DNA from: the human T2T-CHM13v2.0 reference genome, Homo sapiens
Assembly: GCF_009914755.1 (NCBI RefSeq)
Contig: NC_060933.1
Reading direction: 5' to 3' (one strand)
Length of the DNA stretch: 64,000 bases
The notes below the pieces were generated by a model. It saw nothing but the letters and a program-made list of their open reading frames with translations, did not search any database and had not been told where the DNA came from. Positions 35,842-51,901 of the stretch are shown in pieces. Numbering within the stretch: position 1 is the stretch's first letter; each line of letters begins with the position of its first letter. The translations under genes and the position numbers were made by a program.

Positions 35842-36419
35842 TTGGAGACATAATTTTTAAGACATTTTTAAATAATAAACCTCAAATATTTTAGGGAAAA
35901 CATCTTTATCTCTGTTTCTATAACTGTCAACCTCTTTCTAATAAGCTTTGCAAAGCTATATGAAACTAGTTTTTAATTTTTGTATACTTGAGACAATTTT
36001 GGAAGAAAGTAGGTATCTACTCATCCAATTTCAGAGAACTCTGAGAAAATTTAGTTATTCTTATGAAAGATCTATTTTCTTATTGCAATAACTGTGAATT
36101 TATCTGGCACTTGGCCAAACTTAGCATTAACAGGTAATACATTATATTCACAACAGAAACTAGAAGATGATTCCAGAACAACACAGCCCTAAAGGAAAAA
36201 TCATTAATTGTTTGACATAAATATTCTACACTTCAAAAATCTACACTTAGATTTTTTTTCTAAGATTGTTTTGTATTATTTACTAACCTAACAGCTTTCC
36301 ATTAACAATAAATTTAGAACTTTTTTATATTTTAAATATCAATGTGTGCATTATTTTGGTGATGACATAATAAATCATTAGATGTTGCATACATGTTATC
36401 AAATGTATATGGAGGTTGC

Positions 36420-36660
36420 GTAAGTGTTATCAAGACAGGCAGCAGATGGAGTGTTGAAATATATGGACTCAGGGCTGAGTCTGCTGCCTGTCAAATCCTA
36501 GCAATTTACTTAACCCCTTTGTGTTCAATTTTCCTCATTTATGAAAAGAGAATAAGAATAGCACCAAGCTCATAGGTTATTGGAAAGATTAAATGATTTA
36601 ATAAGTAGAAAAGGCTTAGAAAGGTACCTAATACACAGTAAATACTTCCAAGGACTTTGC
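36420..36660 (+). mobile_element. MIR SINE
   Basis: acttaacccctttgtgttcaattttcctcatttatgaaaagagaataagaatagc core. Confidence 0.65.
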
Positions 36661-38157
36661 TAATATAATTGTGTCTAATTTTTTGCAATTATATAGAAAA
36701 CTGACATACTATAGCTAAATCATTACACAGATCTTTTTACTATTTCCTGCAGATACAGCAATAGAACTAACATAATTAGGTCAGATGCAATAAACCTTTT
36801 TAGGAATTTTAATATATGTTACAAAATTACCCTCCAGAAATCTTGCAACAATTTACACAACCAATAGCAATGTTTGAAAGTGCTTATTTCTGATACTTCA
36901 GCTAATTTAGCATGTCATCAAATTTAATTCTTAGCCAGTTTGATAACTGAGAAACTTTAGCTCCCTGTTTAAATTTGATTTTTCTTTTAAATTCCTGCAG
37001 ATATTGTTTGCTTTTCAGATTTTTTACCAGCTGTTTTTGGGCAGTTTGTGAATTGTCAAGTATGTTCTACTGTTTGTCTTCTACTGATTGTTCTCCACCT
37101 GGACTGAGTGTGGATCCTGGAACAGTCTAGTTTTTCTTGGGAATCCTGTTACAATGTATGTTCTAGATCTACCCTCCATATTTATTATCTTTAGCCTCAT
37201 TGTATACATTTTATATCAATTTCTTCTGAGATAGGTAAATGTCTTAATCTGATTTTGTAATTCATTACATCTCCTATCTGCTTTTTACTGTTTTCATTGC
37301 ATTATTTTTTATTTAATTATTTTTAATAGTAATACATTCACTTGGGTCAACATTCAAAGATATAAAAATCTACACAGTAGACTTCTACTTATAAGAAGAG
37401 GGGGTGGATGTGCTTTTTCCTCTTCCTTCCACTAAATACAACTAAAAACCCGAACATCACATAGAAAACCAACGTGGAAAAGTAGAGAGAAGTAGACAGT
37501 TCATCTAGGAAGAAGACAGAGTCAAGGAATGACATTCTGGTGAGCTCTCTGGGTTTTCTTTGGGCCTCAGCTATCTCAAACTTGAAGCTGAAGAAGCCAG
37601 CAACACAGAAACGCCAGCGGGCATATACCAAAAAAAAAAAAACCAAACAAAAAAAAAGCCCCAACTAAAGCCTGCTATCTTTAGACAAAACACCAGGAAA
37701 AGGGCACCTAGCAAGACAGAAACCTTTTAGACAATAATTGCTCTCTTCTAGCCAAACACCACGCGCGCACACACACACAACAAACAAAAAAAATGGCCTC
37801 ACCTCCACCCACGCCAGCAAAGACCGAGTGTGGATCCTAGACTTCTCCCTCACCAGGTGTAATAAGGAGCTCAAACTTCCCACAGGTGTGAGTCAGAAAA
37901 GTCCTCTTCCACAACTCAGACTTTCATGCCTCTGAGCTCTAAATGCATATAGAGGAAATATTTAAGGCAATATATTATAAACATAGGAGGCTAAAGCGAT
38001 ATAAAAGGAGGTCCTTTCTACACTTTGTTTGAACTGGTAAAATGTCGACACTAGTAACTGTGATAAGTTACATACGTACTGTATAATGCATGTATAATGT
38101 AATCCCTAGAGCAACCATAACAAAACTCCACAAAAAGATACACTTCAAAACACTATT

Positions 38158-38455
38158 GGTCAGGTGCGGTGGCTCACACCTGTAATTTCAGCACTTTGGG
38201 AGGCCAAGGCAGGTGGATCACCTGAGGTCAGGAGTTCAATACCAACCTGGCCAACATGGCAAAACCCTGTCTCTATTAAAAATACAAAAATTAGCTGGGT
38301 GTGGTGGCACATGCCTCCCAGATACCTGGGAGGCTGAGGCAGGAGAAAAGCTTGAACTCGGGAGGCAGAAGTTGCAATGAGCCGAGATCACACCACTGCC
38401 CTCCAGCCTGGGTGACAGAGCAAGACTGTGTCTCAAAAACAAACAAACAAACAAA
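38158..38455 (+). mobile_element. Alu (AluS-type) with (CAAA)n tail
   Basis: Dimer with small right-arm deletion; CACTAT on both flanks. Confidence 0.93.
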
Positions 38456-39442
38456 ACCCACTATAGATATATCAAGACAGAATTCTAAGAAATGTTCAAG
38501 TAACCCACAGGAAGGCAAGAACAAGAAAACAGAAAAAAAAAAAAAAAACAGAGCAAATAAAAAGCAACAAATAAAATGGCAGACTTAAGCCTTGACATAG
38601 TAATAATTACATTAAGTATAATTATCGTAGAATTTTAAATGTTTAGATGGGCTTCCAGTCCAAGATGGAGAGAGAGCATGTGTTTGCCTCACCACCTGGG
38701 GTCTCAATGGACTACGGATTTGGATAAATTTCTGCAAAATGGAAAACACATGGCATCATACTAACAGACAAGACTCACAGGAAACAAAAGAGTGATACAA
38801 TAGAGGTAGAAACCATCTGTTTGGTTCTATCCTTGAGAGGCTAAATAGAGACTATTTCCCTAGAGCTACTAACTAAAATACTATCACCTGGCAGGAAGCA
38901 GTGGGGGTTGGGAGGAGGGGCGGCAGTGAACTCAAAATAGATGATTACCTTTCTGGTGTCAGTGCCTGGTCCATACCCCTCACTCCTAGCAACAGTTCTT
39001 CTTCTCCGTTTCCTTCCTTAAAATCCTCCATTAATTTTTTATTCATTCATTTGACCAATACTTAGTGATTAGCTACTAAATGCTAGGCACTGTCACAGTT
39101 GCTGGGGAAATACTAGTGAACAAGATAAGTCTGATTTGGGGGAGTTTTAATTCTACTAACGAACAAATAATAAATATGAAAACAAAAATATAAACAGATC
39201 ATTTTAAATAGCAATGAGTTCTATGAAAGCAGAGACATTGCAGGAATTAGTGTATATCCTTCCACCTGCTCATCACAAATAAATTCATTAGCAACTGCAC
39301 TGCTACGACATTTCAAAGGCTGTTGAAATTCCACGTCTCCAAGGGCTGGAGTTCTCATTGCTATCAGCAAATGATCTGACTCCAGAATCCCAACCTTAGG
39401 GTATGCTTCCTAGGACTACTCTTAGGATACAGGGTTAGGTCA

Positions 39443-39808
39443 TGTATTAGTCCATTCTCATGCTGCTAATAAAGACATACCGAAGGCTGGGTAATTTATA
39501 AAGGAAAGAGATTTAATTGACTCACAGTTCAGCACTGCTGGGGAGGCTTGAGGAAACTTACAAACATGGCAGAAGGGGAAGCAAGCATGTCCTTCTTCAC
39601 ATGGTGGCAACAAGAAGTACTGAGCAAAAGGGGAAAAGACCACACCATCAGATCTCATGAGGACCCATTCACTATCAGGAGAACAGCATGGAAGTAACTG
39701 CCCCCATGATTCAATTACCTCCCACCAGGTCTCTCCCACAACACATGGGGATTATGGGAACTACAATTCAAGATGAGATTTGGGTGGGGACACAGCAAAA
39801 CCATATCA
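39443..39808 (-). mobile_element. THE1 (THE1C/D-like) MaLR solo LTR
   Basis: TGTATTAGTCC...CCATATCA termini; 5-bp TSD GGTCA at 39438-39442 and 39809-39813. Confidence 0.92.
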
Positions 39809-40561
39809 GGTCAGGTTCTTGAAAAACCAAGCCTGAGATAAAGATTCCTGTGCAAGTGGTTTATGGAGGGAGTGCTCTCAGAGGAAATGCCTCTGGGAGT
39901 GATAGAAGGAAGTTTGGTTAGTGAAGGAGCTGGGCAAAGGTGTGTTATCAGCGGAAGTGTGACCTCAGCTTGCACTCACAGAGAGCTCTGGAGTATGAGT
40001 TATACCGCAAAGATTGTCCTACCCAGAGGCAAAGAAGATTGAATTCTTATACCCCTGCTTTGCCTTTGGATATGAGCCACCCTGGGGCAAGGGCCAGAAG
40101 TGGGTAACCTCTCAGGCATCTCCACATGAGACAGTTCCTGTCATTCAAAGGCAATCCTTTCAAGAAGGGTTTCTTAACTTCCCAACTTTCAATTTGGGAA
40201 GATTTCTTATTGTCTAGCTTATTTTTATAGACACAGTCATCTTATTAAATAATAGTGACACACTAGCCTTATATGTTGAAGACTTCCCTTAAAACTGCTA
40301 ACAGATATGGCATAAATCATTGTAATAAAATCAATTCTTTTTGGTTGATCCAAGATTCCATTTTCCTTCTCGTTGAAGAAGTAGGTGAATTTTAAAGGAA
40401 AGAACTAACTTTCCAAATTCAACCTGAGCTAGTTACAAAATAAATAAAACAGAAACTGCCCATTCTACCTTTTTTATGCAATAATAACAATACACACTTA
40501 GTCCACTAATTAAGTCTTCCCTTCAAGAAAGATTAGTAATTTATTTAGTAATTAATTACTA

Positions 40562-40929
<368 letters not shown>

Positions 40930-42642
40930 ATTTCTCCCAGGCTTTTGGAGTTCTCAGAGTGTCACAAATGCTAAGAACAGACAAGGAAAGAGGAAGAAAA
41001 AGTACAGAGAAACAATCTTCTATCCCCTTTAGTATTTGCAAACTATAGTGTGTCCCTTATTTGTTTCATTGTTATAATCTGGATTCTTGGCATTTAAGAA
41101 GAAACTGAGATTTTTCTGTAACTCTGATGAAGAACATTCCCGGAGGCCAATGTCTCTATGTGCTGGAAACCAGAAAGGGGAAGTGTCCCAGCTAGAGTCT
41201 GGTAAACCATAATTCTTCCTATTGTCAAGGATTTCACATCTTTGCTCACACATGGGAAAGTTCTCAAAGTAGATTTGACAATATTTCACAAATACCACAA
41301 AAGGACCATGCTCAGCAAAGACAATTCCAGGCTTGGCACTAAGCAATGTAATCTATCAACTGGCACCAGTGAGTCTCACTTGGTGTGAATGTTCCACAGC
41401 ACAGACCAGTACCACTCTTAGATCTGGGCAAGAGGAGACTAACTTGGGCACTGTGATTAAGAGGATTTCACTCTGGTCTTTCTCCAGGCACCATCCTTCT
41501 CACAGGGTGAGGGTCCCAGGGGCCAAAGGGCTATGCCTACCTAGAAACTGACTCCCTTCTTTTAAACCATATTTCAGATATGAGGGGCCCCAGAATTTCA
41601 GCTCTGCCACTGGCCCTTTTCTGAGTCCCTCTACCCTTGAGTGGACAGTGCCTCTGGCAGTCATATCTTTAGGCTGGGGGTTGTCCAAGGAGCAGCCATT
41701 ATAAGAAGAATGAACACAGATGTGTTCACAAGACCTTTCATGTGTTGGGCAAACTCAGGGTGGGAAAAGAGAGTAGAAGGGCTGTGATCCAGGGCCTAGC
41801 TCTTCCCACACCACCATACTTCAGCAGAGACCTCAGAAGAGTCCTAAAACTCTCTATATAAATAGTATTCAGTTTAGGTAATAATTGAGTTACTATGTGG
41901 CAGGCACAATCAGGACTGGCAGGCACTATTCTCAGTATCATATATGTATACACAAATATATATATATATAAAATATGAATTATAATATATTATATATAAA
42001 TATATTCACTTAATTTTCACACTAACCTTATGGGAAATATGCTTACAGGGAGATTAAATAACCTGCACCAGGCCATACAGCAAGTGGTGGGCCCAAGATT
42101 TGATCCCATGCAGCCTGGTTCCAAAACATGTACTCCTATTTCACCAAATACAATTTTGCATCCCTCTGTGAATTTCTAGATTAGATAAATTTGACGTGTA
42201 TCACAATCTTCCTTGGAATTTGCTTTGCAAAAAAAAAAAAAAAAAAACTAAACAAACCAAAACAACATGATTTTTTTGGAGAAGGCAACTTGCTTAGTTA
42301 AAACAACAGGGTGGATCCGGTGCTATATAGAGCAGTTTGCTGCAAGAACACACAGCGTAGGGAACTTAACCCAGACCATGGAATCAAGGGGCACTTCCAG
42401 AGGAAGACAGTTTCTGAAATAAGTCTGAAAAGATAGGTCCAAGTTAGGCAAGCAAATAAGATGAGAGCAGGACAGTCCATTCTAGCCTCTAGTAGGAGAA
42501 CAAAAACAAATAGGAAAGAGGGCCCTTTATTTTTTTTTCATGGGTGGGATTTTATTAAAATTGTACATAGATCTCAAATTTAAATTTAAAAATGAGCATT
42601 TTTTTCTAGTATCAAAATAGTTATTTTAAAAATAACTTGGAA

Positions 42643-42952
<310 letters not shown>

Positions 42953-43943
42953 TTAATACAACTTTGTTATATATTAAATATTCACCTAAAATCTCAATCA
43001 TTTCTCTCCCATCTCTCTCTGCTAGAATCTTGGAGGGCCCTTCATTTATAAGTAACTCACTGCAAACACTTTCAAGACAAGAGTGAGGGGAAGGTGAAGA
43101 GGTTAGAGCTGAAGTGTTTATCATATCTCTAAGTCCATGGCTTTTAACCTAAAAGCCACCTCTGAAAATTTATCTGGAGGAAATGAAAAACCTGTGTCAC
43201 TACTCTGAAAATTCAGATTTTTTAAATATTCAGGGATAGATTTATAGAAACTTAATTGTGTATAACCTTACCTTGTGGGCAAGAAAAATGACTCTCAAAG
43301 ATGATAAAAATCAGTAGTTGTCGAGAGTATGATCTTTTGATTCAAAGTAGAAATTCACTTTTATTATTAATCTTTATTGGGCCTACTCACTCCTGCCAGA
43401 GTGGGTCATGCAAAGGCTCTGGGGTCTTAAGCAGAGTACAGTATTTGGTAAGAATGTTCTAGGGTTTGGTTTACACTGACCACCACTGAGATGCCCATTG
43501 CGAGTATATGTAGTCATTTGAAGTTTGGGACTTCTGCCATGTCTATGCCACACTTGGACATTCAAATCATTACAGAGTCAGTCTAGGAACTCCTGTGCCT
43601 ACGGTTCGGTCTCCTTAGGTGCTCTAAGCAACCATTTGCCCTGGGAGTCATGCCGTTTCACCAGGGCACCTAGAGAGTGGGTTCCCATCACCACTGGAAT
43701 CCAAAGACCTGTCTCCTCAGCCTTAGAGAAGCGTCTCCATTCTGTTGCTACTTTTTTATCCTGCTTGTTTAAAAAAGGCATTTTCCTCTCCCTAGTTTCC
43801 CTTTTGAGACCTTTAACATATTCTCTCCAATTGCTTTTGGCTTTTCTAAATGCCAAAAAGAAAGCTTGTATTCAAGCAACTCAGGCTTTAGGCACTGAAA
43901 AAACATCCATAGCAAAGGAACAAAGGCCTTAAAACTGGGAACA

Positions 43944-44318
<375 letters not shown>

Positions 44319-47300
44319 TCAACGAATGATTATATAGGATATTTGAATTGTTATACATTTTGCATCATTATAAATAACACTGTAAAAACTTCTTATATGG
44401 TATTTGTATTCTTGGGATACATTTCAAATAGTAGGAGCACAATATATCACTTGAGGTACCTGCTTACTTAAGCAAATGTAAGGTGAGGTCATTAATGTCA
44501 TGACTGAAAGACAAAAGAGAAGCTTTTTGTCAGTTGCTGGAGTCCACTTTTCCCATGAATACCTTGTTATACTCTGAAGGTGAGACAGAGTAATTTTCAG
44601 GAAGCCATTGGTTTCCTGGAGGAAACTCAGCTCCTCGTGCCTAAGATTCAAAGTTAGAAGGACTCATCAGAATGGACTGAGATGGTCTCGTGCAAGTTCC
44701 CCTAGCAAGAAAGCAAGCAAAGTCCCCCAGAAGCACTCACCAGAAGGGAAAGGAAGTTTGGGATGGTACTGGAGCTCAACACAAGGTATGAAAATTGGGA
44801 AGCAGCATGAAGCTAAAGTAGGAAGCCCCTTGCCAAAGCCCTTGCCTAAGCCCTTGCCAAAGCACAGGCATGAGATTGGACTAGATAAGAGATCACTGCA
44901 CAGTGAATAAGCATCCACCAGTCTGCATAGACCAGGTCTCCAGCAGCAAGAGTGTTGTGGGCAATAACTACAGCAGTAGAGCTGATGGACTGATTTCTCC
45001 TTCTAGTTCCTTGTCTCCTCTGGGATGTTGAAGCACAGCTAGTCTTTTTTGCCTGGGGTCCTTGGACAATTGAGGATACAGAAGGAGAGAACATAAGAGG
45101 AGGAATTGGTGGGTGTTTGAAGTAGTAATTGAAAAAATTAGACATGTGAACATGCTTGTGTCCCAAGCTGGAAAAACAGGTCAATAAATACACATACTAT
45201 CAGAGTCACAGTAAATACATGTACTGTCAGAGTCACAGATTTGTTTACAACCAGAGAAAATACAGAAAAATGTAGCTTCTTTGTTGCTTCTTCAAGTATT
45301 CTCACCTGCTGTGTAGAAAGGAAATCTATCTTTGAGCTTACTACAGTAAATTTGGTCCACCAACTTTATTTAGCAGTCCTTGTAGAAACTCAGTCATCTC
45401 CTATAAAATTCTGTGGCTCTTAGATTTTTAGATGGAGTGACACATCCTCTGTCCTTCTTCAGGATGGGATATGGGCAGTGGTAAAATGATTACCTCACCT
45501 TATGAGAGCAACAAAGAGGACCCAAGATTACATGCAGTGCCTCTGGATTCTTGCTGGTCCTTACAGCAGAAATCTTGTCTGTGTGTCTCCTTGACTGTGA
45601 CCACTGAGGCAGAGGCTACTGGTCACAAACTAGTATGTATGACCAGAGACCACAGCCAAAGGCATTTGGCCCTGTCCCAAAGTCTCTACCTCCTACCTAA
45701 GGTGTACAAAAAAAATAAAATAGGTCAATTGAAAATAGCTGAAATATTGAGGGATATTTAGAGTACAAGAGTACTCACAGCAGTATTGCAATTACAATGT
45801 GTATACGAAGGCCTTATTGACTTGATTTACATTTTTTTCTTCTTTCAATATGTTCTAGTTAGTTGAACAGATTCCCAAACAACCCAAAATATTTTTGGTT
45901 TAAGTACTAGGAATTATAATTATACACCTTTCATGAATGAATGGTCAAACAAAATTCCTGCCAGAGATAAGTTTTCCAGTGTTCTGACAAAAGGACATGC
46001 TATCAAGCATGTGTTGACAGCCATTACAATGACACTGTGTACATCTAGTCAAGACGTTTTTTCACTTCTCCAAAGCCAGAAAAATGGAGAAGCCTCCCAC
46101 CAAAACTTCAAGAGAAAGGATGAGAGTTGCTCACCCTCCCTAAACTTTAAATTCAAAGAAGGGGGCAACTAAACTGGAGCTTTGTGTTGTTGGACAACCC
46201 CTGTCTGTGGACCAGCAGTGCAGGATGGGCAATTTGCCTAAGCAGCTGTGAGCCTGGAATCTCTTGGGCAGAATCATTGGCTTGAGAACAGTTTATCTCC
46301 AGGAAATTTCTTTGCTGGGGGCAAGTGGAGGGGGGCAGAAAGGTCTACTTTACTTGAGATGTTTCTCAGCAGATAAGTTTCCAAAAATCCTCATTCATAT
46401 CTAAATATGTCTTCCCTAGAGAGACTGAACAAGGTTCTAAGAGCTGTAGAACAGTTTTAGAAGAAAGTGCTCAAAGTTAGGCTAAACCTATAATTCCTAC
46501 AGGCAATTTGCTCCTGGAATAGTTAGCACCAAAATCACATAGGGGGGTTTTATGGATGTGTACCTTTTGAACAGAAATCTTTAAAACTAATTCTTTTTTG
46601 TGTTAAAAAGGAAAACATGAATAGTAACATGCTAAGATATAAAATGGACGATGTTACATATAAATTGATTTACTTATGTTCCTTAACTTGAAGATTTAGT
46701 GCTTGGTAATCTTAATTTGGGAGGGGTTTATTGTGAGGTTTTTCATTTTAGATAAGCTTCCAGTTCAAGATGGAAGAGGAAACACATGTGTTTGTCTCAA
46801 TACCTGTGGCCTCAGTAGACTACAGATTGAAAACATATGTGGAATATGGAAAGCAGATTGGGGTCAGGCTGACAGATAACAGAGCACAGGAAACAAGAGA
46901 ACGAGGCAGTAGAAGCCATTCTTCATGGCTGAACCCTTGATAGGCTTCTGGCTAGGCAGAGGCAGGCATAGAGAGTAGAAAGGGAAACAGAAAGAGAAAT
47001 CTCCTTCAGCCACTAGAATGCCTGCTCTGCTCAGCCAGCCTCTCTGTTCCAGGCCCCTGACTATACAGAATGATGGGTGGCACCACCATTTAACCAAAGT
47101 AGAAGCTATTCTCTAAAATAGTAAATAATTTATTTGGGTAGGATTATAGTTACCCTTGGTGATCCAGGTACTTCAGAGAACTTCATAGGCTTTAGTTTAG
47201 AGAGCAAAAGTGATGAGCAAATAGCCAAATACCAAAATGAGGATTCAGGAGAAAGGCCTATTGAAGGAAAAATCTATAGAAAAAGCTCACAGCTGTGCCT

Positions 47301-48443
47301 GAGTTTCACCAATCCATTCCTTCACGAAGAGAGACTCAAGCATTAGCAGATAGCCAAGACAAATCACGACACCAGTGAGAGGGATCAAATGAGCACATTA
47401 CAAAAATAATAATGACCCCTGAGGAAAAAGCAATTTTTCACAGAACTGAGACGATCTAAGGAAAAAATTCTGATTTGTATTCTCAGGGAAGCTTGATAGG
47501 ATATTCAGATATTGCATCCAAAACTATAAAAACAGGTTGCTATAGAAAAGGAGAAAAAAAAGTTTTCTTTTAAAGTTTAAGTAGTTTAGCTAAAAGAGAA
47601 AAGTCAATATGAGAATATATGGTTGTCAGCTGGGTGGCCATGGAAATGCTTGAGTCACACCTTCCCCAACTACAGGCAGTGCAGCTTGCAGCTCTAGGAG
47701 AAGCTCCTTCCCTGTGCTTAAGGAGGGGAGAGAGAAGAGTAAAGAGAAGTTTGTCTTGCAACTTGGATACCAACTCAGCCACAGTAGGATAGGGCACTTG
47801 GCAGAGTCCTTGAGGCCCCCAATTCAGACCCTAACTCCTGACATTTCTGGACACACCTTGGGCCAGAAGGGAATCGGTTTCCTTGAAGGGAAGGACCCAT
47901 TCTTGGCAGGATTCATCACCTGCTGACTAAAGAGCCCTTGGTCCCCAAATAATCAGCAGTGGCAGCCAGGCAGTACTCGCTATGAGCCTTGGATGAGACT
48001 CAGAGCCCTGCTGGCTTCAGGTGTGACCAAGCACATTCTCAGCTGAGATAGCTACGGGGAGACCCCTTCTACTTGGGGAAAAAGTAAAGGTGACTTTGTC
48101 TTGCACCTTGGGTACCAGCTGGACCACAGTGGGGTACAATACCTCATGGGCTCCTTGTGTCCCTGATTCTAGACCTTGGCTCTTGGATGGCATTTCAGGA
48201 CCTACCCTGGGCCAGAGGGGAACCTAATGCTCTAAAAGGAGAGACTCAGGCCTGGCAGCAATCACACAAGCTGACTGACTAGCCTTTGGTCCTTGAGTGA
48301 ATATGACAGTAGCAAGGCAGCACTCAGCACAGGCCTTGGGCAGTGGCGACCCTGGTAGAGACTTCTCTGTTTGAGGGAAAGGAAGGCAAGAGTGAAAAAA
48401 ACTGTCCTGTAGTTTGGGTGCCAGCTAATCTTCAGTAGAATAG

Positions 48444-48760
<317 letters not shown>

Positions 48761-49414
48761 AGTATCAGGTAGATTTCTAAGGTTCTCGACTCCAGGCTCT
48801 GGCTCCCAGATGGCATCTCTGGACCACCAGGGCAAGGGAGAACTTGCCAGCTTGAAGGGAAGGACACATGTTCGGCTGAATTTGCTACCTGCTGATTGTA
48901 GAGCACTTGGGCCTTGAGCAAAAGTAGGCAGTAGCCAGGCAGTGGTCACTACAGGCCTTGGGTGAGACCCAGTACTGTGCTGACTTTAGGCCTGACCCCA
49001 TGCTCTCCTAGTGGTTGTGGTCACAGGGGTGCCTATATCATCCCTCTCCCAGCTCCAGGCAGCTCAGCACAGAGAGAGACTCAGTTTGTTTGGAGAAAAG
49101 TAAGGGAAGAGAACAGGAGTCTCCTTGTAATCTAGGGAATTCTCTCTGATCTTACCCAAGACCACCAAAGTGATACCTCTACAAGTCTGCAAGAGCCACA
49201 GCATTACTGGGCTTGGGGTGTCCCCTAAGGTGGATATGGCTGCAGTGACCAAAGACTTAGATCACAACACCCAAGTTCCTTCAAATATTTGGAAAGCCTT
49301 GCCAAAAAAGACAGGTTCAAACAGCCCAAACTGTAAAGACTACAACAAATATCTAATTCTTCAATGCCCAGACACCGATGAACATCCACAAGCATTGGGA
49401 CCATCCAGGAAAAT

Positions 49415-50355
49415 ATGACCTCACCAAATGAACTAAATAAGGCACCAGGGATCAATCCTGGGGAAACAGAAATATGTGACCTTTCAGACAGAGAATTCAC
49501 AATAGCTGTTTCGAGGAAGCTAAACAAAATCCAAGATAACATGGAGAAGGAATTCAGAATCCTATCAGATAAATTTAATGAAGAGATTGAAATAATTAAA
49601 AAGAATCAAGCAGAAATTCTGGAGCTGAAAAACGCAATTGACATGTTGAAGAATGCATCAGAGAATCTCACCAGCAGAACTGATCAAGCAAGAGAAATAA
49701 TTAGTAAGCTTGAAGACAGGCTATTTGAAAACACAAAGTCAGAGGAGACAAATGGAAAAAGAATAAAATGCAATGAAGCACACCTACAAGAACTAGAAAA
49801 TAGCTTCAAAATGGGAAATCTAAAAGTTATTGGCCTTAAATAGGAGGTAGAGAAAGAGATAGGTGTAAAAAGTTTATTCAAAGAGATAGTAACAGAGAAC
49901 TTCCCAAACCTAGAGAAAGATATCAATATTCAAGTACAAGAAAGTTATAAGCACCAAGCAATTTTAACACAAAGAAGACTACTTCAAGACATTTAATAAT
50001 CAAACTCCCAAAGATCAAGGATAAAGAAAGGACCCTAAAAGCAGCAAGATAAAAAATAATAATAATAACATATAAAGGAGGTTTACATGTTAATAATAAC
50101 ATATAAAGGAACTTCAGTACATCTGGCAGCAAACTTCTCAGTGGAAACTTTACAGGCTAGGAGTGGCATGACATATTTAAAGTGCTAAAGGAAAAAACTG
50201 TTATCCTAGAATAGTATATTCACTGAAAATATCCTTCAAACATAAAGGAGAAATAGACTTTTCCAGACAAAAGCTGAGGTATTTCATCAATACCAGACTT
50301 GTTCTACAAGAAATGCTAAAGGGAGTTCTTCAATCTGAAAGAAAAGGATGTTAAT
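49415..50355 (+). pseudogene. Decayed L1 ORF1
   Basis: 142-aa open coiled-coil segment ending NLKVIGLK-stop, then ENFPNL-like and other ORF1 motifs interrupted by stops and frameshifts. Confidence 0.8.
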
Positions 50356-51901
50356 GAGCAAAAATAAATCATGTGAAGGTATGAAACTCACTGGTAAAGT
50401 TAGTACACAGAATGTCATAACACTGTAATTGTGGTATATGTTGAGTAGAAAGACTAAAAGATGAACCTATCAAAAATAATAACTCCAACAACTTTTCAAG
50501 ATGTAGACAGTATAGTAAGATATAAATAGATATGACAAAAAGTTAAAAAGCTGGAAGATAAAGTTTAATTTTTATTAGTTTTCTCTTTGCTTCTTTGTTT
50601 ATGCAATCAGTGTTAAATTGTCATCACTTTAAAATAATAGGTTATAAGATAGTATTTGCAAGCCTCATGGTAACCTCAAATCAAAAAACATACAACAGAT
50701 ACACAAAAAATATAATATAAGAAATTAAAACATATCACCTGAGAAAATCACCTTCACTAAAAGAAGAACAGAAAGAAAGGAAAGGAGGAAGAGAAGACAC
50801 CAAAACACCCAGAAAACATCATACAAATGTCAGTGGCATGGCATATGTAAATATCAGTATATCAAAGAGATGTCTGCACTCTCATGTTTATCACAGCACT
50901 ATTCACAATAGCCAAGATTTGGAAGCAACCTGTGTCCATCAACAGACAAATGGATAAAGAAAATGTGGTACATATACACAATGGAGTATTACTCAGCCAT
51001 AAAAAGAATAAGATCCTGTCATTTGCAACAACATGGATGGAACAAAAGGACATTATTTTAAGTGAAATAAGCCAGGCACAGAAAGATAAACTTCACATAT
51101 TCTTGCTTATTTGTGGGAGCTAAAAAAAAAAACAATTGAACTCATGGAGATAGAGAGTAGAATGATGGTTACCAGAGGCTGGGAAGGGTAGTGAGGATGG
51201 TGTGGGGGAAGTGGAGATGATTCATGGGTACACAAGTATAGTTAGAATGAATAAGGTCTAGTATTTGATAGAACAATGGGGTGACTACAGTCAACAATAA
51301 TTTATTATACATTTTAAATAACTAAAAGAGTGTAATTTGATTGTAACACAGAGAAAGGATAAATGCTTGAGGTGATGAATACCCCATTTACCCTAATGTG
51401 ATTATTATTCATTGTATGCCTGTATCAAAATATCTTATGTATCCCACAAATATATATACCTACTACGTACCAACAAAATTTAAAAATAAACAAAAAGAAT
51501 ATATGGTAGATTGACTGTATTAATGATCCCATTTCTTCACCCTTCACTTTATCCAAGTCCTTCATTATTTAACTTCCTGGCACTTTTCCTCTTTGCCTCT
51601 GAGCTCATCCATGTGAATGCCTTTAACCAATGATGCTGCAAATGTGACACAGGAAGAATCTAGAAAAATGTGTTCCTTCTCTTTTACCTTAGTCATTGTT
51701 TGCTTTCTCGACATATGTAAGAGACACATGGAGTAGAGCCCAAGGGGCAGCCTGTAGACTCTCAAAGACACTCTCAAGCCTGACAGAGATCAGAACCACC
51801 CGCTCAAGTGTCAGCTAAATGCTCCCCTCCAGGAAGGCTTCCTTGTCCCCTCCACCTAATGAACCCTGCCTTGGGCAATAATCTCATTAATTTTATACTG
51901 C

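Noticed and set aside
41029-41346. 105-aa minus-strand ORF in non-repeat DNA
   Set aside because: No recognisable homology and no supporting exon structure.
44826-44862. 12-bp tandem repeat (gcccttgccaaa)x3 giving PKPL repeats
   Set aside because: Trivial slippage repeat with no spacer structure and no coding support.
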